Translations under genes and position numbers: made by a program
Notes under the pieces: generated by a model
What the model saw: the letters and a program-made list of their open reading frames with translations, nothing else
Database searches by the model: none
What the model was told of the DNA's origin: nothing
Shown: positions 1 through 13,000 of the stretch, piece after piece
Layout of the letters: each line of letters opens with the position of its first letter
Position numbering within the stretch: the first letter of the stretch is position 1
DNA from: Chrysomallon squamiferum
Lineage: Eukaryota > Animalia > Mollusca
Length of the DNA: 64,000 nt
Assembly (NCBI GenBank): GCA_012295275.1
Contig: CM022679.1
Span: 22,382,001 to 22,446,000, forward strand
Direction of reading: 5' to 3'

Positions 1-510
1 AAGGTCAAAGTAACATTTTTTGAACTTTTGGGAACTGTTTTTTTTTCAGGCCAGATAGCGTTAGAATTTTAACCTTTGGACTAAAGACATTACATTATTT
101 CGGGGCATGCAATCACTGCCCTTATCTTTAAGTTATCCGACAGATTTCCTTTTCATGGATATGAAACAAAAACAGACTAAAGTGACAACCTGCCTCAATA
201 CACCCAGTGCAAGACCTCATGCACCATCTGCAGGTGATTTGCATGAGTGTAATTCAATGGCAATTTTAGCAATACAAGGGATGTGCATTTTCCTTTCATC
301 ATCACTTTCAATTTGCAGGACAGGGGAAGGGTCATTGGCTTAGTTTTATTTGCAGAAATATTTTTCACCCTTGACTTCTTTTCAGTAGTATATATTCACA
401 ACTAATAAATTTAGCTTTTTGAGTATTAATATTATAACTTAAAACTAACCACCTCCTGTCCCCAATTTATATTTTATTGTTGAAAAAAAGTTGATTTAAA
501 AAAAAAATAC

Positions 511-3500
511 CTTATGTCCATAACTTTTTTCTTTTTCTTCAAGCTCTAGGTGTTTTTCATTATATTCACCATCACCATCTTTCAGTGACTGTTTTGAGTA
601 ATACACCTGCTCTTTTATGTATTCATGTTTCGAAATTCGATGTTCAAAATGTTTCAGCTCCTTCTGAAAATGGAACCAAGAGAAAAAAAAAAAAAACATT
701 TAGAATCATATAAATATCTACCAATGTTGCAGGAAGAAATTATTAAACTATTTAGAAATTATAAATGTTATATTACTTCAGTTCAGTCTGGAGATGTCAA
801 ATGGAATTATACAGAATATTACATAACATGGTAGATGAAATCGGCTATTAATGTAATAAATTTGAAAATAATTTAAATTTCATACTAGATATCAGAAACT
901 AAGATTTCAGAGCTGGCTTCTTTTTTTTTTAAACTTAAAATTTATAAATGGGCAGCTACATATTTTTGATCATGAACTTAAATTCTTTACAAAAGTTACA
1001 ACTGATTCACTCAAGCAGTATGTGTTGTGTTTTTTTTTTTTTTCTGCCAAATCCCAACACAAAATATTATTTCCTATAACAGAGTTTTGTGAGCCACTAA
1101 CTGTAACATATTACATCCATTATGATACACTCTTTGTTCATCCCACTGAACAACACTGAAACAATCACTTGTTGGTATATTAAAACAACAGGTAACTCAC
1201 CTTAAACGACTCCAATTCAGAGTCACTCATGTTTGCTTTTTTAGCAAGAGCCCAGAGCTGGTAGACTCGAGGATCCTCGAATTCTAAATCCTTTTTAACA
1301 CTAAGACTCTCCAGTTTCAGATAGCCATTCTTGATCTTCTTGTGGACATTTTTCAGACTAGCGTGTTTCTCCTTCAGTGTGTCAGGATCCAGCTCCTTTT
1401 TCTTGAAACGTTCTATAGAATTTTCCGATATATCTGGTAATGGAGGATATGGAAATGTTAACATTCTGCCTCATAAATTATAAGACTGATGCATTTTTGT
1501 GTTTATATACACATATGTGTGTTCCATATGTGTGCCTGTGTGTCTAGATAATATGTAAATACATATGTATATTTATATATGTGCATGTATTCTTACCTTC
1601 AATTTCACCTATCTCTACTTGAAGAGTATTATACTCATCCAGTTTCATCTGCTGATGCCAGAATTCCTGTTTCAATTTATCTAATTCTTCAGCTAGAATA
1701 AAAAAAAAATATTCAAAAATAAAATTAATTATAAGAAAAAGAAAGAAGAAAATTAAAATATTAGAATATTTTATCATGCAGTTACTTTAGGTAGTGGCAA
1801 AATATGATGACTAGATAAATTTATATATTACTGTTTTTGTTTATTAATTTCATTATTATTTTTATTAAAAACATTAAGCTTTTTTGGGACAGAACTTTGA
1901 TAAATTGCTTGTTATTTACATATCTATATATCATTATCAAAAAAAACAAAACAACATATGATAAATGTTTTTATTTTAAAAATAACTAAATTGTTGCTTC
2001 AAAGTGTTATCATAGTAGCTTAAAAATTAAAATCAACACGTGAATCTACAACAGATGAGGACAGTTATTTGGAAAATTAGCCAGTTAAATTTTATTTGGT
2101 TTTTATATTATTTAGGACTGCAGGATAAAAGAAATAGCAGCCTGTTCTTTACAGCAAATCAGTGTTCTTATCGTCACAAGAAAAAGCTGGTATAATAAGA
2201 CAGTAACCAGTTATTCATTTTATATATATATATATATATATATAAATGAATATTCATAACAAGAAAAAAAGCTTACTCCTCTGCTTGCATATATCAAAAT
2301 TTCAGTTTATGAATATCTAGTGGAATGTTAAATCTACTAAATAAAACAATGCATTTCATGATGACACTAAGAAAAACAAAAAGGTTAAAATTACAAACAA
2401 TTACAAACTGGACAGAAATCAAGTTACCATCAAAGCCTGCCATTTGTGCCTTTTTCCAGATTTTCTGCAGCTTCTTGTCTGTGAACTCTGGTATTTTGTC
2501 ATAATCTGTCTCCAGTGGAATGTCATTGGCTCCATTCTTGTATCTCTGATCAGTTTTGAAGTGCTCCTGGAGATGGTAACGGTCAATTATATCTGTTGAT
2601 AACAATAACAGCAATAATGATAATGAAAATGATAACGATAATAATAATAATATTAATGATGACAATGATAATGATAATGATGATAATATTTATAACAATG
2701 ATAATTATAAATATTATGATGATAATGAAAATGATAACGATAACGATAATAATATTAATGATGACAATGATAATGATAATGATGATAATATTTATAACAA
2801 TGATAATTATAAATATTATGATGATAATGACAATCATGACAATAATAATAGTGATAATGCTAATTATGATAATAATAATCGTTATAACAATGACAATGAT
2901 GATAATGATAATGTAGAATATAACAATAGTGATGATGATGATGATGATGATGATAATATAAAAACAATTTTCAACAGGGTTTTCTGACATAATAACAGCC
3001 ATTTTGAAACAGATGCAAATTAATTTCAATAAATTTAAACTGAAAACTTTAATTTCTTTTCAGAATGAATAAAATCACTGAACAACTGAAATAAAAGATA
3101 AATGAAGGTGAAAAAAAAAATGCTAGAAATATTCACTGTCTCATTCTATTAGTTTTCCTACAAGTACAACATATCATGAAATCATTTTTTTTACTCTGAT
3201 GTTATTAGTTAGTCTCCAGACATTGGTGGCTTACTTTCACTTCTTGTTCAGTCAAATTTTGAAATCTTTAAAGTTCATTTACAGAGAAAAATAGGAGGAG
3301 CTTGTTCATGGAAATGTGGATGACCAATGTCTATTCATAGATATACACACAGAGTCAAACTTATATAACTCATTGTCTCTGTGTTGATAACCTAAATCTC
3401 TCAAACTGAAATTCTTCTTCTGGCTGAGCTGCTATATAAGTTAGTAATAATTAGTAATAATGACCTTCGAATAGTCAGACATCTGTATGTCGAAAACCTC

Positions 3501-4524
3501 AACTTATTTGAACTGGTTTATGGCCCCAAACAACTGATTTAACAGAAAATAGCCTTTGAAAATTTAGAATGAGTGCTAGAATGGTCAAGCTATTATTTCC
3601 CTTGATAAATGCAGAACAATGAATGGGCCATTGATTAAGTGGTAGAGAATATGCCCACCTCTGCTGTCTGTGTTTTCTTACAGTATCTTTAATTAATACA
3701 TAATTGATAACAGACTTAAATGAACTTCTGTAGTTAAGTGATAAAGTTCACTGATTGATGTTTGTTTTGCTTACAAATGAGTGAACTGTGTGAAACAAGC
3801 TATTTAAATGACAGTTAATATTTACACATCTAATTGAACCATGAACATTCTCACAAATTGTTAATCAGTTTGTGTGGAATTACACACTGTAATGGAAGAT
3901 GATTTCTTTAAGAAACCACACAAACATTCATTCATTACCGAGTTTTTTGGATAAGGATGTTTTGAACTGTAAATTTTAATGTCTGTTAATTGTTATTTAT
4001 GACAGTGATAACATTTGTAAGTAGATGTTTCAATTATCAATTTATTATAGCATCTTGTTTTTGTTTTTTATAAAATGTTTGTGATTTAAAATAGTTTTGT
4101 CATGTATGTGATTTTAAATATTTTGTACAGTACATCTAGTGCTATTAAAATCAGTATGGATTGATCATGTTGTGCCAAGTTTAGAAACCTGAATATACCT
4201 GAACTTGATGTTCTGGTAGTATATGTAGGTTTATGTAATGTCTGTTTTTCTTGTTTTATATCTCAATAAATAAATTTTAGTATATATGTATATAATTTAT
4301 GTGTGAATGTATATTTATGGTCAAATTAATTTGAGCTGAATTTTTTGTTCTTGTTATTTACTTAATTTACTAAATACCAAAGAGTGTGTTTCTTAAAATA
4401 TGAAATGTACATTACTTGACCATCAGAACTATGGTAAATATTTAAAATTTGAATGCTTAGCACCCTGAAATTTCAGCGGCTTTTGCTTACCCATTCCATC
4501 TTGATTTACTGAAGTTCAACTGTA

Positions 4525-4556
<32 letters not shown>

Positions 4557-5684
4557 CAATAATTTTTTTACTTCTTCTTCTTCTTCTTATTATTTTTTAA
4601 AATAAGCTTTAACTAAAAGTCTTGGCAAAGATAAATTTTCATACTTCTGAACTTTTGATTCACAGAAGCTTCTCTAAGTCCATCCTGGTCCATGTTTTCA
4701 GCTTTGTATTTCTTCAATGCCAGCTGTTCTTTATCATGCACTTTCAAATCTGCATACAAGTCAGCAAGTTTTGGTCCTGAAATCCTCTATGGAGAAAAAA
4801 ATAATAATAATAAAATAAAATAAACAAATGAAAACAATAATAAAACCAGTGAATGAAAAATAATTAAATAATAAATAATAAAAAATAATAAAAAATAAAT
4901 AAAAATAATAATGAAAAATAAAAAAATAACTAAATAAATACTAATAAAAATATAAATAAATAACATTATTAATAAATTAGAAAAATAAAAACAAACTGTA
5001 AATAAGTTAAATTGGAAAACACACTGCATGATGATTTATGTTGCTGTTCTCACCACATGATTAAAATGTATTTTGCAAAAGACAGAAGTATATGGATGAA
5101 AAAAAAAAAAAATAAAAAAATAAATAAATAATGACGCAAAAAACTAAGGACTGATCCTGTGTCCAGTGAGTTTCAGCCAGACATTTTATCTAATTATATA
5201 AATTATGTGAACATGTCTTTTGTCCAACATATAATTAATTTCAAAACAAAGATTATTATTATTATTTATTTATTTAGCTGGACTGCAATTTAAGGTAAGA
5301 AGATTAACATTAAATCTGGTATTTTCAATTTCATATTAAAAAATATCTTATATTAATAATAATAAAAAAAAATATTTATGCTTTTCAGTATGAATTACAT
5401 CTTCATATCGAAAACAGTTTTTAATATTTCTAATTTTTAATGTTTGTAACAGATAAAATATTAAATTTCAATTGTCGATTTATAATATTACTACTACTAC
5501 TAGACTCAAAACTATCATTGATTCGGCTAACCTTTTTCGCTTTTTCCCAAACCATATTAACTTTTGCTATACGAAATGGTCTTTCTTCGTTTTGCAAGTT
5601 TTTGTTAGCATCCTCAGAGTATTTAGATGCTTCCAAAAAAGTTAATAAATAAGAAATAATACAAAAATACCAAAGTCTGCTCAT
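511..5684 (-). CDS. LRPAP1: Alpha-2-macroglobulin receptor-associated protein (RAP, LDL-receptor family ER chaperone), 3' partial
   Basis: Exons with GT-AG boundaries and consistent phases: 5684-5532, 4786-4645, 2592-2428, 1692-1597, 1433-1201, 663-511 (314 codons). Signal peptide MSRLWYFCIISYLLTFLEA, then SKYSEDAN..PFRIAKVNMVWEKAKK, LADLYADLKVHDKEQLALKKYK, FTDKKLQKIWKKAQMAGF..EELDKLKQEFWH, FEDPRVYQLWALAKKANMSDSELESFKKELKHFEHRISKH, all typical RAP motifs. The last exon with the ER-retention signal was not found in the window. Confidence 0.93.
2596..2960. repeat. (ATA/ATG)n low-complexity tract with an internal ~102-bp direct duplication
   Basis: gataatgaaaatgataacgata...aatattatgat occurs at about 2619-2720 and 2721-2822; abuts the LRPAP1 exon 3 acceptor and produces the spurious poly-Ile/Met ORFs. 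Confidence 0.9.
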
Positions 5685-5901
5685 AATTTACTCTTTAAAT
5701 CTTGTATTGACAAACTCGTGTTTATTAATAGGCAAGAAAGATAACTCTAATTGACAATATTAGTAGACTGTTATCCTGTGCATTGTCATCTCGCTTGGTC
5801 AATTAATATTGTTTTCATTTGACACTAATAATGTAGCGTATTAGCGCAATAAATACCAGTGAAAGATAAACGCTTTATTTTCATTTTCATTAATATTAAA
5901 A
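5685..5901. promoter_or_regulatory. Bidirectional promoter region shared by LRPAP1 and FADD
   Basis: The two start codons (5684 minus, 5902 plus) are 217 bp apart; local CpG retention. Confidence 0.65.
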
Positions 5902-6753
5902 ATGGATAATAAATCTCAACAGTATAGAACGAATTTAACAGCACTTTCAGACATGATAACACCACAAGAGTTAGAGAATATGAAATTCTATTGTAGAGAC
6001 TATCTAAAAGCGAGACAGATGGATGAAATTAAAACACCAATAATGTTATGGTCAACACTGGAAGAGAGAAAATTATTAGGTCCGGATAATTTGGATTTTT
6101 TGATAAAGATGTTAAATGCAAGTACATCAGGAAGAAAAGATGTCTTTGACGTATTAACACGCGGAGGTGGTGGAGATGTCATGGACGCTAGACAAGAAAA
6201 TCAGCAAAGAAGTTTGTTGAAATAAATTATTGATATACTTAAAAAAAATAAAGAAAATAAATAAAAAATAATAATAAGAAAAATGAAAATTATGGTAATG
6301 ATATTAATAAGAAATGAATATCAATAAGTTTGTAAAATGTTGTTAAGATATTTATCATTTATTTTTATTGTTACCTTTACAACTAAGACAACACTCTTAC
6401 ACAACATTAGATAACTTTACCGTAATAGAAAGTTTACCTTAATAGAAGTGGTGTTTACAAAGTTGTGGCATGTGTCACACAGTAATACAAATATTTGGTT
6501 GGTACAAAAATTCATAGTATTTGTAAAATGAAATAAAAAGAAAATACTTAGATATTTGTACATAGGTTTATTTAAACATACACATGTCATTTTGTTCACC
6601 TTTCAGAATGTGTCATGTATTTCAAGCACATATGAAATGAAATGAAATACGCTCAAACACCACCTATAGAAAAAATGCCACATACTTCTGCTCCAACCCA
6701 ATACATATGTAATTCTTGGAGTATTGGAAATGGGCTCTCCGAGTCCTGCAATC

Positions 6754-6808
<55 letters not shown>

Positions 6809-7624
6809 CATGCATGTATAATAATAATAATCTATTTGATAAATTTTACCATAAAACGTAAAATGTATTGAAATTTCATTAAATAAGCATTCTTTCCCTT
6901 GTCAGTTTATAAGAGTTTTGTTATTCAGTAACCATCTATTTCTTTATTTTTTATTTTTTTTAGGTTATCGAGGTCCAGGTAAGCTGATTTGCTGTTTCTT
7001 ACCTAAATTCTGTTTCAAAATTTGGCAACAAATTCCAGACTCATTTTATAAAGTGACTCATTTAAGGGCTTTTTTAATGACTTATTTAGCTTTAAAAAAA
7101 AAAACAATAAAAAATTAGTAAAATCTTGGATGTGCTTACACAATAAAACATACATACATTATCTATGTTTCTGTAAAATACTGCCATGTATAAAAACATG
7201 GAGAACTCAGACGCAGGCAGAAGATGCTAAAAGTAAAATATCATATATAGAAATCTTAAAACTTGATTTAAGACAAAGATTTGAGTTCCTGAGAGTAAAA
7301 GAAACAAAACAAAAGAAAACCTAGACAAGTACCACTATTTGAAACTTTTTATTCGTTTCAGATCTGTCACGAGAGATAAATTTTCTTGTGAAGCACTTGG
7401 CCAAAGACTGGCGATTTTTTGTACGATCTTTAGGGGTGCAGGAAGAAGATATAGAAATGGTCGTCGCCAACAACCCGAGGGACGTGCGTGAGCAGGTTCA
7501 CCAGGCCATATGGGTGTGGCTTTACAAGGAACAGGAAAATGCTGACAAGAAATACTTAACAAATGCTCTGCTGGACATTCGAAGGCGAGATCTTGCTCAC
7601 AAACTGAAGGAAGGCGATTATTAA
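5902..7624 (+). CDS. FADD: FAS-associated death domain protein (DED + death domain adaptor), 195 aa
   Basis: Exons 5902-6211 (DED: LTALSDMITPQELENMKFYCRD..LWSTLEERKLLGPDNLDFL), microexon 6964-6978 (tttag|GTTATCGAGGTCCAG|gtaagc), 7362-7624 (DD: DLSREINFLVKHLAKDWRFFVRSLGVQEEDIE..EQVHQAIWVW..LTNALLDIRRRDLAHKL). Both introns are phase 1; total 588 nt in frame. Confidence 0.9.
6757..6807. repeat. (AC)n microsatellite
   Basis: Perfect AC run in FADD intron 1. Confidence 0.95.
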
Positions 7625-9290
7625 CTCGTCAACTAACCAATTAGTTAACCGGGAACATGTTTTTTTGTTTTCATCATTTTCATATTTTTGCTCAGCATTA
7701 AATTACTCTCGATGTCATCAGCATGGATGTAAAACAGCTACATCCTTTCTGTCACATATAATTTTAGTTGTGTATATATATATATATAATGTTATTTTAT
7801 TAATTATTATCGTTATTAATATTATTGTTATTTTTTATATAAAAAGCATCAGATACATTACTTTATCATTTTTTAATTTTAGAAAGAATTCAACCATATT
7901 TTAGTGTTTACACAAAAAAAATTATATGGAGTAACGTATCTTAATTTTGGTTCTTCATTAATAATGTTATCAATTTTACATAAATTTAATTACCATCTGT
8001 TGCACCCATTAAATGAAAATGTAGCGAGTGCTTGAGTAATTTGAACAAGTTTTTCAACATAGGTGCATAATTAATATAATTTTGTTGTTAGCTTTTCTTA
8101 TACATCCCACCTAAAAAAAAGAAGAGGAAAATAAAAAGATATTTAGTTTTAAAAATTTATCAGAATTAAAAATAAGTCTTGATAGAAATTAAATTACAAA
8201 ATTGCTTTTTCATTTGTAAATAAAGATAACAGATCAGAACTAAATCTCTTAGTCAACTTTGGTTGTAGAAATAGGATAATTTTACTCGAATTTATCATGT
8301 TATTATAGAAGGGCAGCAGTCTGAAAATGTGATTTAGAAAATAGCTCCCTCACTGTTAAATCATTTCGGAGATAAAAGGAGAAATCTTCCAAACTATGTC
8401 ATACATAAAACAAACAAGGCCTAGAGCTTTTTTTTTTTCATTTTATTGGTCTGTCATTATTTGCTAAATGCTTTTGTTATTATCCAATTAATTTTATTCA
8501 CATTTCCATTTTCAGTGAACATTATTTATTTACCAGCATTTCTTTTATTTATTTTTATAGACATTTTTGGAATTGCTGTAATTTGATAAAATGTTTTAGT
8601 TATTGCATTTATCGTATGTAAGTAGAATTAATATCATTTATTACTTTCTTATTCTAGAAACAGTTCAAAGTATGTTGTTACATTTGTGATAGATTAACAG
8701 TGTAATGTGCTTACCTGGTGTTAACACACAACAGTACTTTTAACATGCTTTCCAAGGCTGCTGTTATTAAAGTATTTATGTAATTAGTATTTTTAAGTCT
8801 TGTTTTTTTTTCTCACATAATCATCATCATTGCAGTGTTATTAGAAGCATAAAGTGATTCAAAGTAGGATATACCGTTTTTCACCAGTAATTTACAAACT
8901 GTCCCCATTTTTATGAACGGCCTTACCCTGGATTATTTCTTTCGTGCCATTGTTTTTAATTTTTCAGTGTTACCTTAAAATTAGGTATTTGCATGATTGT
9001 TTTTACTTAGCTTAAAAATGCTGGCCATGGGATAGGGACTGGTTGAGGCAAATCTGTAAATGTGGTTCACAGAAATTGTAAGAGAATGTGAAGAAATGTA
9101 TCAGTTGTTTAAGAAAGCAGGATATTTAGAATAAATTATTGTTCAATGAATTGCTTGATTTTTGGGAATTATTATTATGATTAAGATTATGATTATTAAT
9201 ATCACTTTTAAAAAAAAAAGTATTAAGTTAATCATTTATAAAATATTTAGTCAGCAACTAAAATAACTGATATGATAAAAGGGCTTTTCA

Positions 9291-9296
9291 AATAAA
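9291..9296 (+). terminator. Candidate FADD polyadenylation signal
   Basis: AATAAA followed by GT-rich tgtgggttgtt at the end of a T-rich plus-strand UTR-like tract. Confidence 0.4.
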
Positions 9297-9394
9297 ACTT
9301 AATGTGGGTTGTTAATTTCCATTCTGATTTATTAGGAAAGAAAAAAAAAAGCAACATAAAGTAACAACAAATGGAATCTCAATTCATTTGACAA

Positions 9395-9400
9395 TTTATT
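9395..9400 (-). terminator. Candidate Mask/ANKHD1 polyadenylation signal
   Basis: tttatt on plus (AATAAA on minus), followed on minus by U/GU-rich tttgttgttacttt. Confidence 0.4.
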
Positions 9401-10067
9401 TTATGTTCTTTACAATTTTTTTTCTTTTTCTATATTCGATAAGGAAAGCTAAGACGGGCGATTGCAGAAAAGACACAAGCACAATTAATCATTCAGTCAA
9501 TAACAGCACATCACCATGGCAACCATCCACAGCTAGAAGAAGGGAACCCAAGTGGACAATCACTAAAATGCTGACAAGGATTAAGTAATGCCGTTTCTAC
9601 TACACACTGTAGATAGTCACATGTCAGTCTGTTTGCTCCAAACCCAGGTGTTCTGCAAGACAAGGCAATTTTGTGATATTAAACATAACAGCAGCAACAA
9701 CAATAATAAAACACCACCAAAAAGAGTAGTGAAATATTCCCCAATAAATAAAAATAAAATTAAGAAGATAACGAAACATGTAAGACCTCAGTCTAATACA
9801 AAACACTAAACGGAAGAATAATCATGAGCAACTGTTTGAAAAGCACACAAAACTTCAATGTTTGAATAAAGCTTAGTAACTTATTCTGAAGTCCATAAAA
9901 AAGAAAGAAACGGGAAAATAATTAAATCTAGTCGGGATATTTCGTACAATGCTAATATTATAAAGACGTACACAACTGCTTTAAGTATATAAAATGTATT
10001 CAAATTATCGGGCTATGTCATGCTACCCGGTGTTTGCAAAACGATTCAGCTGTGACAAAAACAGTCT

Positions 10068-13000
10068 TCACAATCCTGGCTTAAAAAAATTATTAGTCCA
10101 TGACCACTTCTATTTCAAGATATATTTATATGCTTCATACCTTCAATCAAAAAATAAAGATAATTATTTGAATCCTGTTAAAAAGGGTTCAACAGTAGAA
10201 TAACAGAAATAAGAATGTTTTTAAAAATTACATAAAATAACTTCAGAAATGGCTAAAATGTTCTAAAGTGTATTTATTTAATCAACACTTTAACCCATTG
10301 ATTATCAGGTCACAAATTCTTCAGCTAAAATTAAAATTACACTAAAACACTGGACTGAAGCATAACAATACAGAAGCAACCCAAACATTAGTTATGTTAC
10401 AAATAATATATCCCCTCTCTTTTGTAATGCAATTAGTCTTATTTAGAACATTAATCATGAATCTATTACAGATTAATATCTGTGTGTAACAGAAATAAAG
10501 TTGATTTAGATTTGATGTTATGTCCACTGCATACTTACACCTGTTTCAACTGCCTCGGTTGGTGGGGGTTTCATGCTAGAGTTCCACATACTTGGTATGT
10601 TGTCTCCACCTACCCGTGGGTTGAACATGGGAGGTACGGGATAATGTCCTGGGACACCATTGGGGAACATTGGCATCATGACTGGAGCACTCTTTTGGAA
10701 TGAGAATCAAGAAGAAATTATTTTAGCAACAAGTTACTGAAACTATTACCTTATAAATAAAAGAATATACCAATAAACACACAATTTAATATTGTTATAA
10801 AAAAATATCTTTAAGAATGCATTATAATATAAATATTTTAATATAAAAGTATAAACAATCTTTGACCTAAGACATATATACACAAATGCTGTAATTAATT
10901 TGTATATCAATGGACAACATTCTGATTTTAAAAGCATTTTATTCTGATTCAACTTTTAATGTACTGTTAACAGCCAGAATGTGTTCTTATACTGTAAATT
11001 ACATAACATTCATTTTCACATTAACATCATACAATTCATCACTGTTTAATGACCACATATCAATGATGATATTTACTGAATTTTTAAATTATTTATTTAT
11101 TTATTATTATTATTTTTTCAAACTTTAAAGAAACCATAGGACATTCTGTAATTATTTTTTTATCAGTTAGGCAAATTTTAAGATAATTATATTTCTTAAA
11201 AACCTGGAAATTCGCTTCTGAAGCAGGATCTACAGGGAGACTATCGGAGAATGAATTGCCATCTGGATTATCAGTGGGTGTGCAGTCGACATCTGCAGCC
11301 GAGTTCATGTCGTAAGCCATGTTCCCTCCAGTTATCACAGACGAGGTTATCACCGATGCCGGAATGGCTGCTGATGACATCAGGGGTGATGTAGTCGGCG
11401 TCCATTCATTGTTCAACTCTGGATTCAAAGCCCACAGCTTCCCATACTCTCCTACAGCTGCAATGTTTGTACCAGTGGGACCAGGTGCTTTTCGATGCAA
11501 TCGCTCACCACCTATAGGTCTGGGAACTCGCCTGTCATCCATGGCATTCTTAGAAACATCATTTATATTTAGAGGTGGAGTGAAAGGAGGCATTGGGGAG
11601 GGGGCCTTTGGAGGACCTATTGGTCCTGGTCCATCTAAATAAAAGAAATTAAAAATATTGTCCAAAACCTGAAATATTCTTGCAGACAAAGAAACAATTC
11701 TTTTTTATAAAAACTATATTTATATATCCTTTCTTATAAAACTGTGTTATGAAGTATGTATACAATCACTCTGCTTAAATTAGAAAAAGAAAAGAAATAA
11801 TAAAAGAAAAGTTACCTGCTTGCATAACCGACATGGAAGGTGCACTGTTCGGTCGTGGATGAGGAGGCATAGGAGACAGATTCCTGGACAGCATTTGAGG
11901 AAATCCTTGCACTGGATTGGGAGTCTGACCCTGACCTGGAGGCTGAACTGGACCTGGACTGGGACCCTGCAAGCCTTGGGAGGCCATCTGCTGACTCAGT
12001 TGAGAGGCCATCTGCACGATATTGAAGTTAGGCTCATTCTGGTTCATGCCTGCTGGTGGAATGAAACCTCCTGGCTGGGGAGGCAAGCTATTGAAGGAGG
12101 TCTGGTTCAGCAGCTGCTGGGTATTGAACAGAGCCTGCAGAGTTGCTGATGGGAGTCCACTCAGGGACTGGGATGGAGGAAAGTTGAGGGGCATTCCAAC
12201 TGGTACACCATTTAACATCGGACCCATGTTTGAGGCAGCAAGCTGGAAATCAGGAGCATTTGGATTCAATGTGCTTTTTATCTCAGGCAGAGTCATTGGC
12301 TGGTTTGGCATGCTGTACTCTTCTTTTTGACTAGAAGCTGATGACAAAGAGTGTTGACTCAATTCTAGTGGGGTTCCTGACGAGCTGCGAGGTGATAAAC
12401 CACTTGGAGTAGAAGGATTTGATCTTGGAGACATGCCTGTTATGCTACCACGGTAACCAGGAGTGCGGTTGATGTCTGTCTCATTCTGTAAAGGCAGTTG
12501 AAAATTTCGGAACCCAGCTTTTGTTGGTTCCTGCTCTTGTCGGAACTGGGGTGAGGATGTTCTACCTGGTTTATAGCCTGGAGCTTTGGCTTGCAGTGCT
12601 GGGTCTATTTTGTTTTCCATTGTTGAGAGAGCTGCAGCAACAGTGGCAACAGTATGAGAACTTGCCAGTGTGGACACCACCCCAGCAGCAGCTACACTGG
12701 CAAAATTCATTTTGTCTGAACTGTCTTCTTTCTTGCTCAGTATGTAAGTGCTGTTGAAGAAATTTTTGAAAGGAGTGTAGTCACCAGGTGTTGATACCGA
12801 GGTGGATGTCAGCTGTGAGTTGACATTGTTCATGCTGTTCACATGGTTGGTGACAATAGGAAGAGGCTGTGGGTCAGATTTGGCAGCAGCAGCAGCAGCA
12901 GTCTGAGGTCGCTGTAGAACCTTTATGCTTCCTGGCACAGGGTTTTTAGCCAGTTTGACAGTTGAGGAGGTAGTGCCACGTCCAGATGTTATGGTAGCAC

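Noticed and set aside
107-343. 78-aa plus-strand ORF or possible final LRPAP1 exon
   Set aside because: No recognisable homology, and no HxEL-stop found on the minus strand in 1-510
2583-3029. 148-aa poly-Ile and 106-aa Ile/Met ORFs
   Set aside because: Translations of an (ATA/ATG)n intronic repeat
11319-12757. Plus-strand ORFs of 78-109 aa
   Set aside because: Antisense shadows of large Mask exons with no independent coding signal
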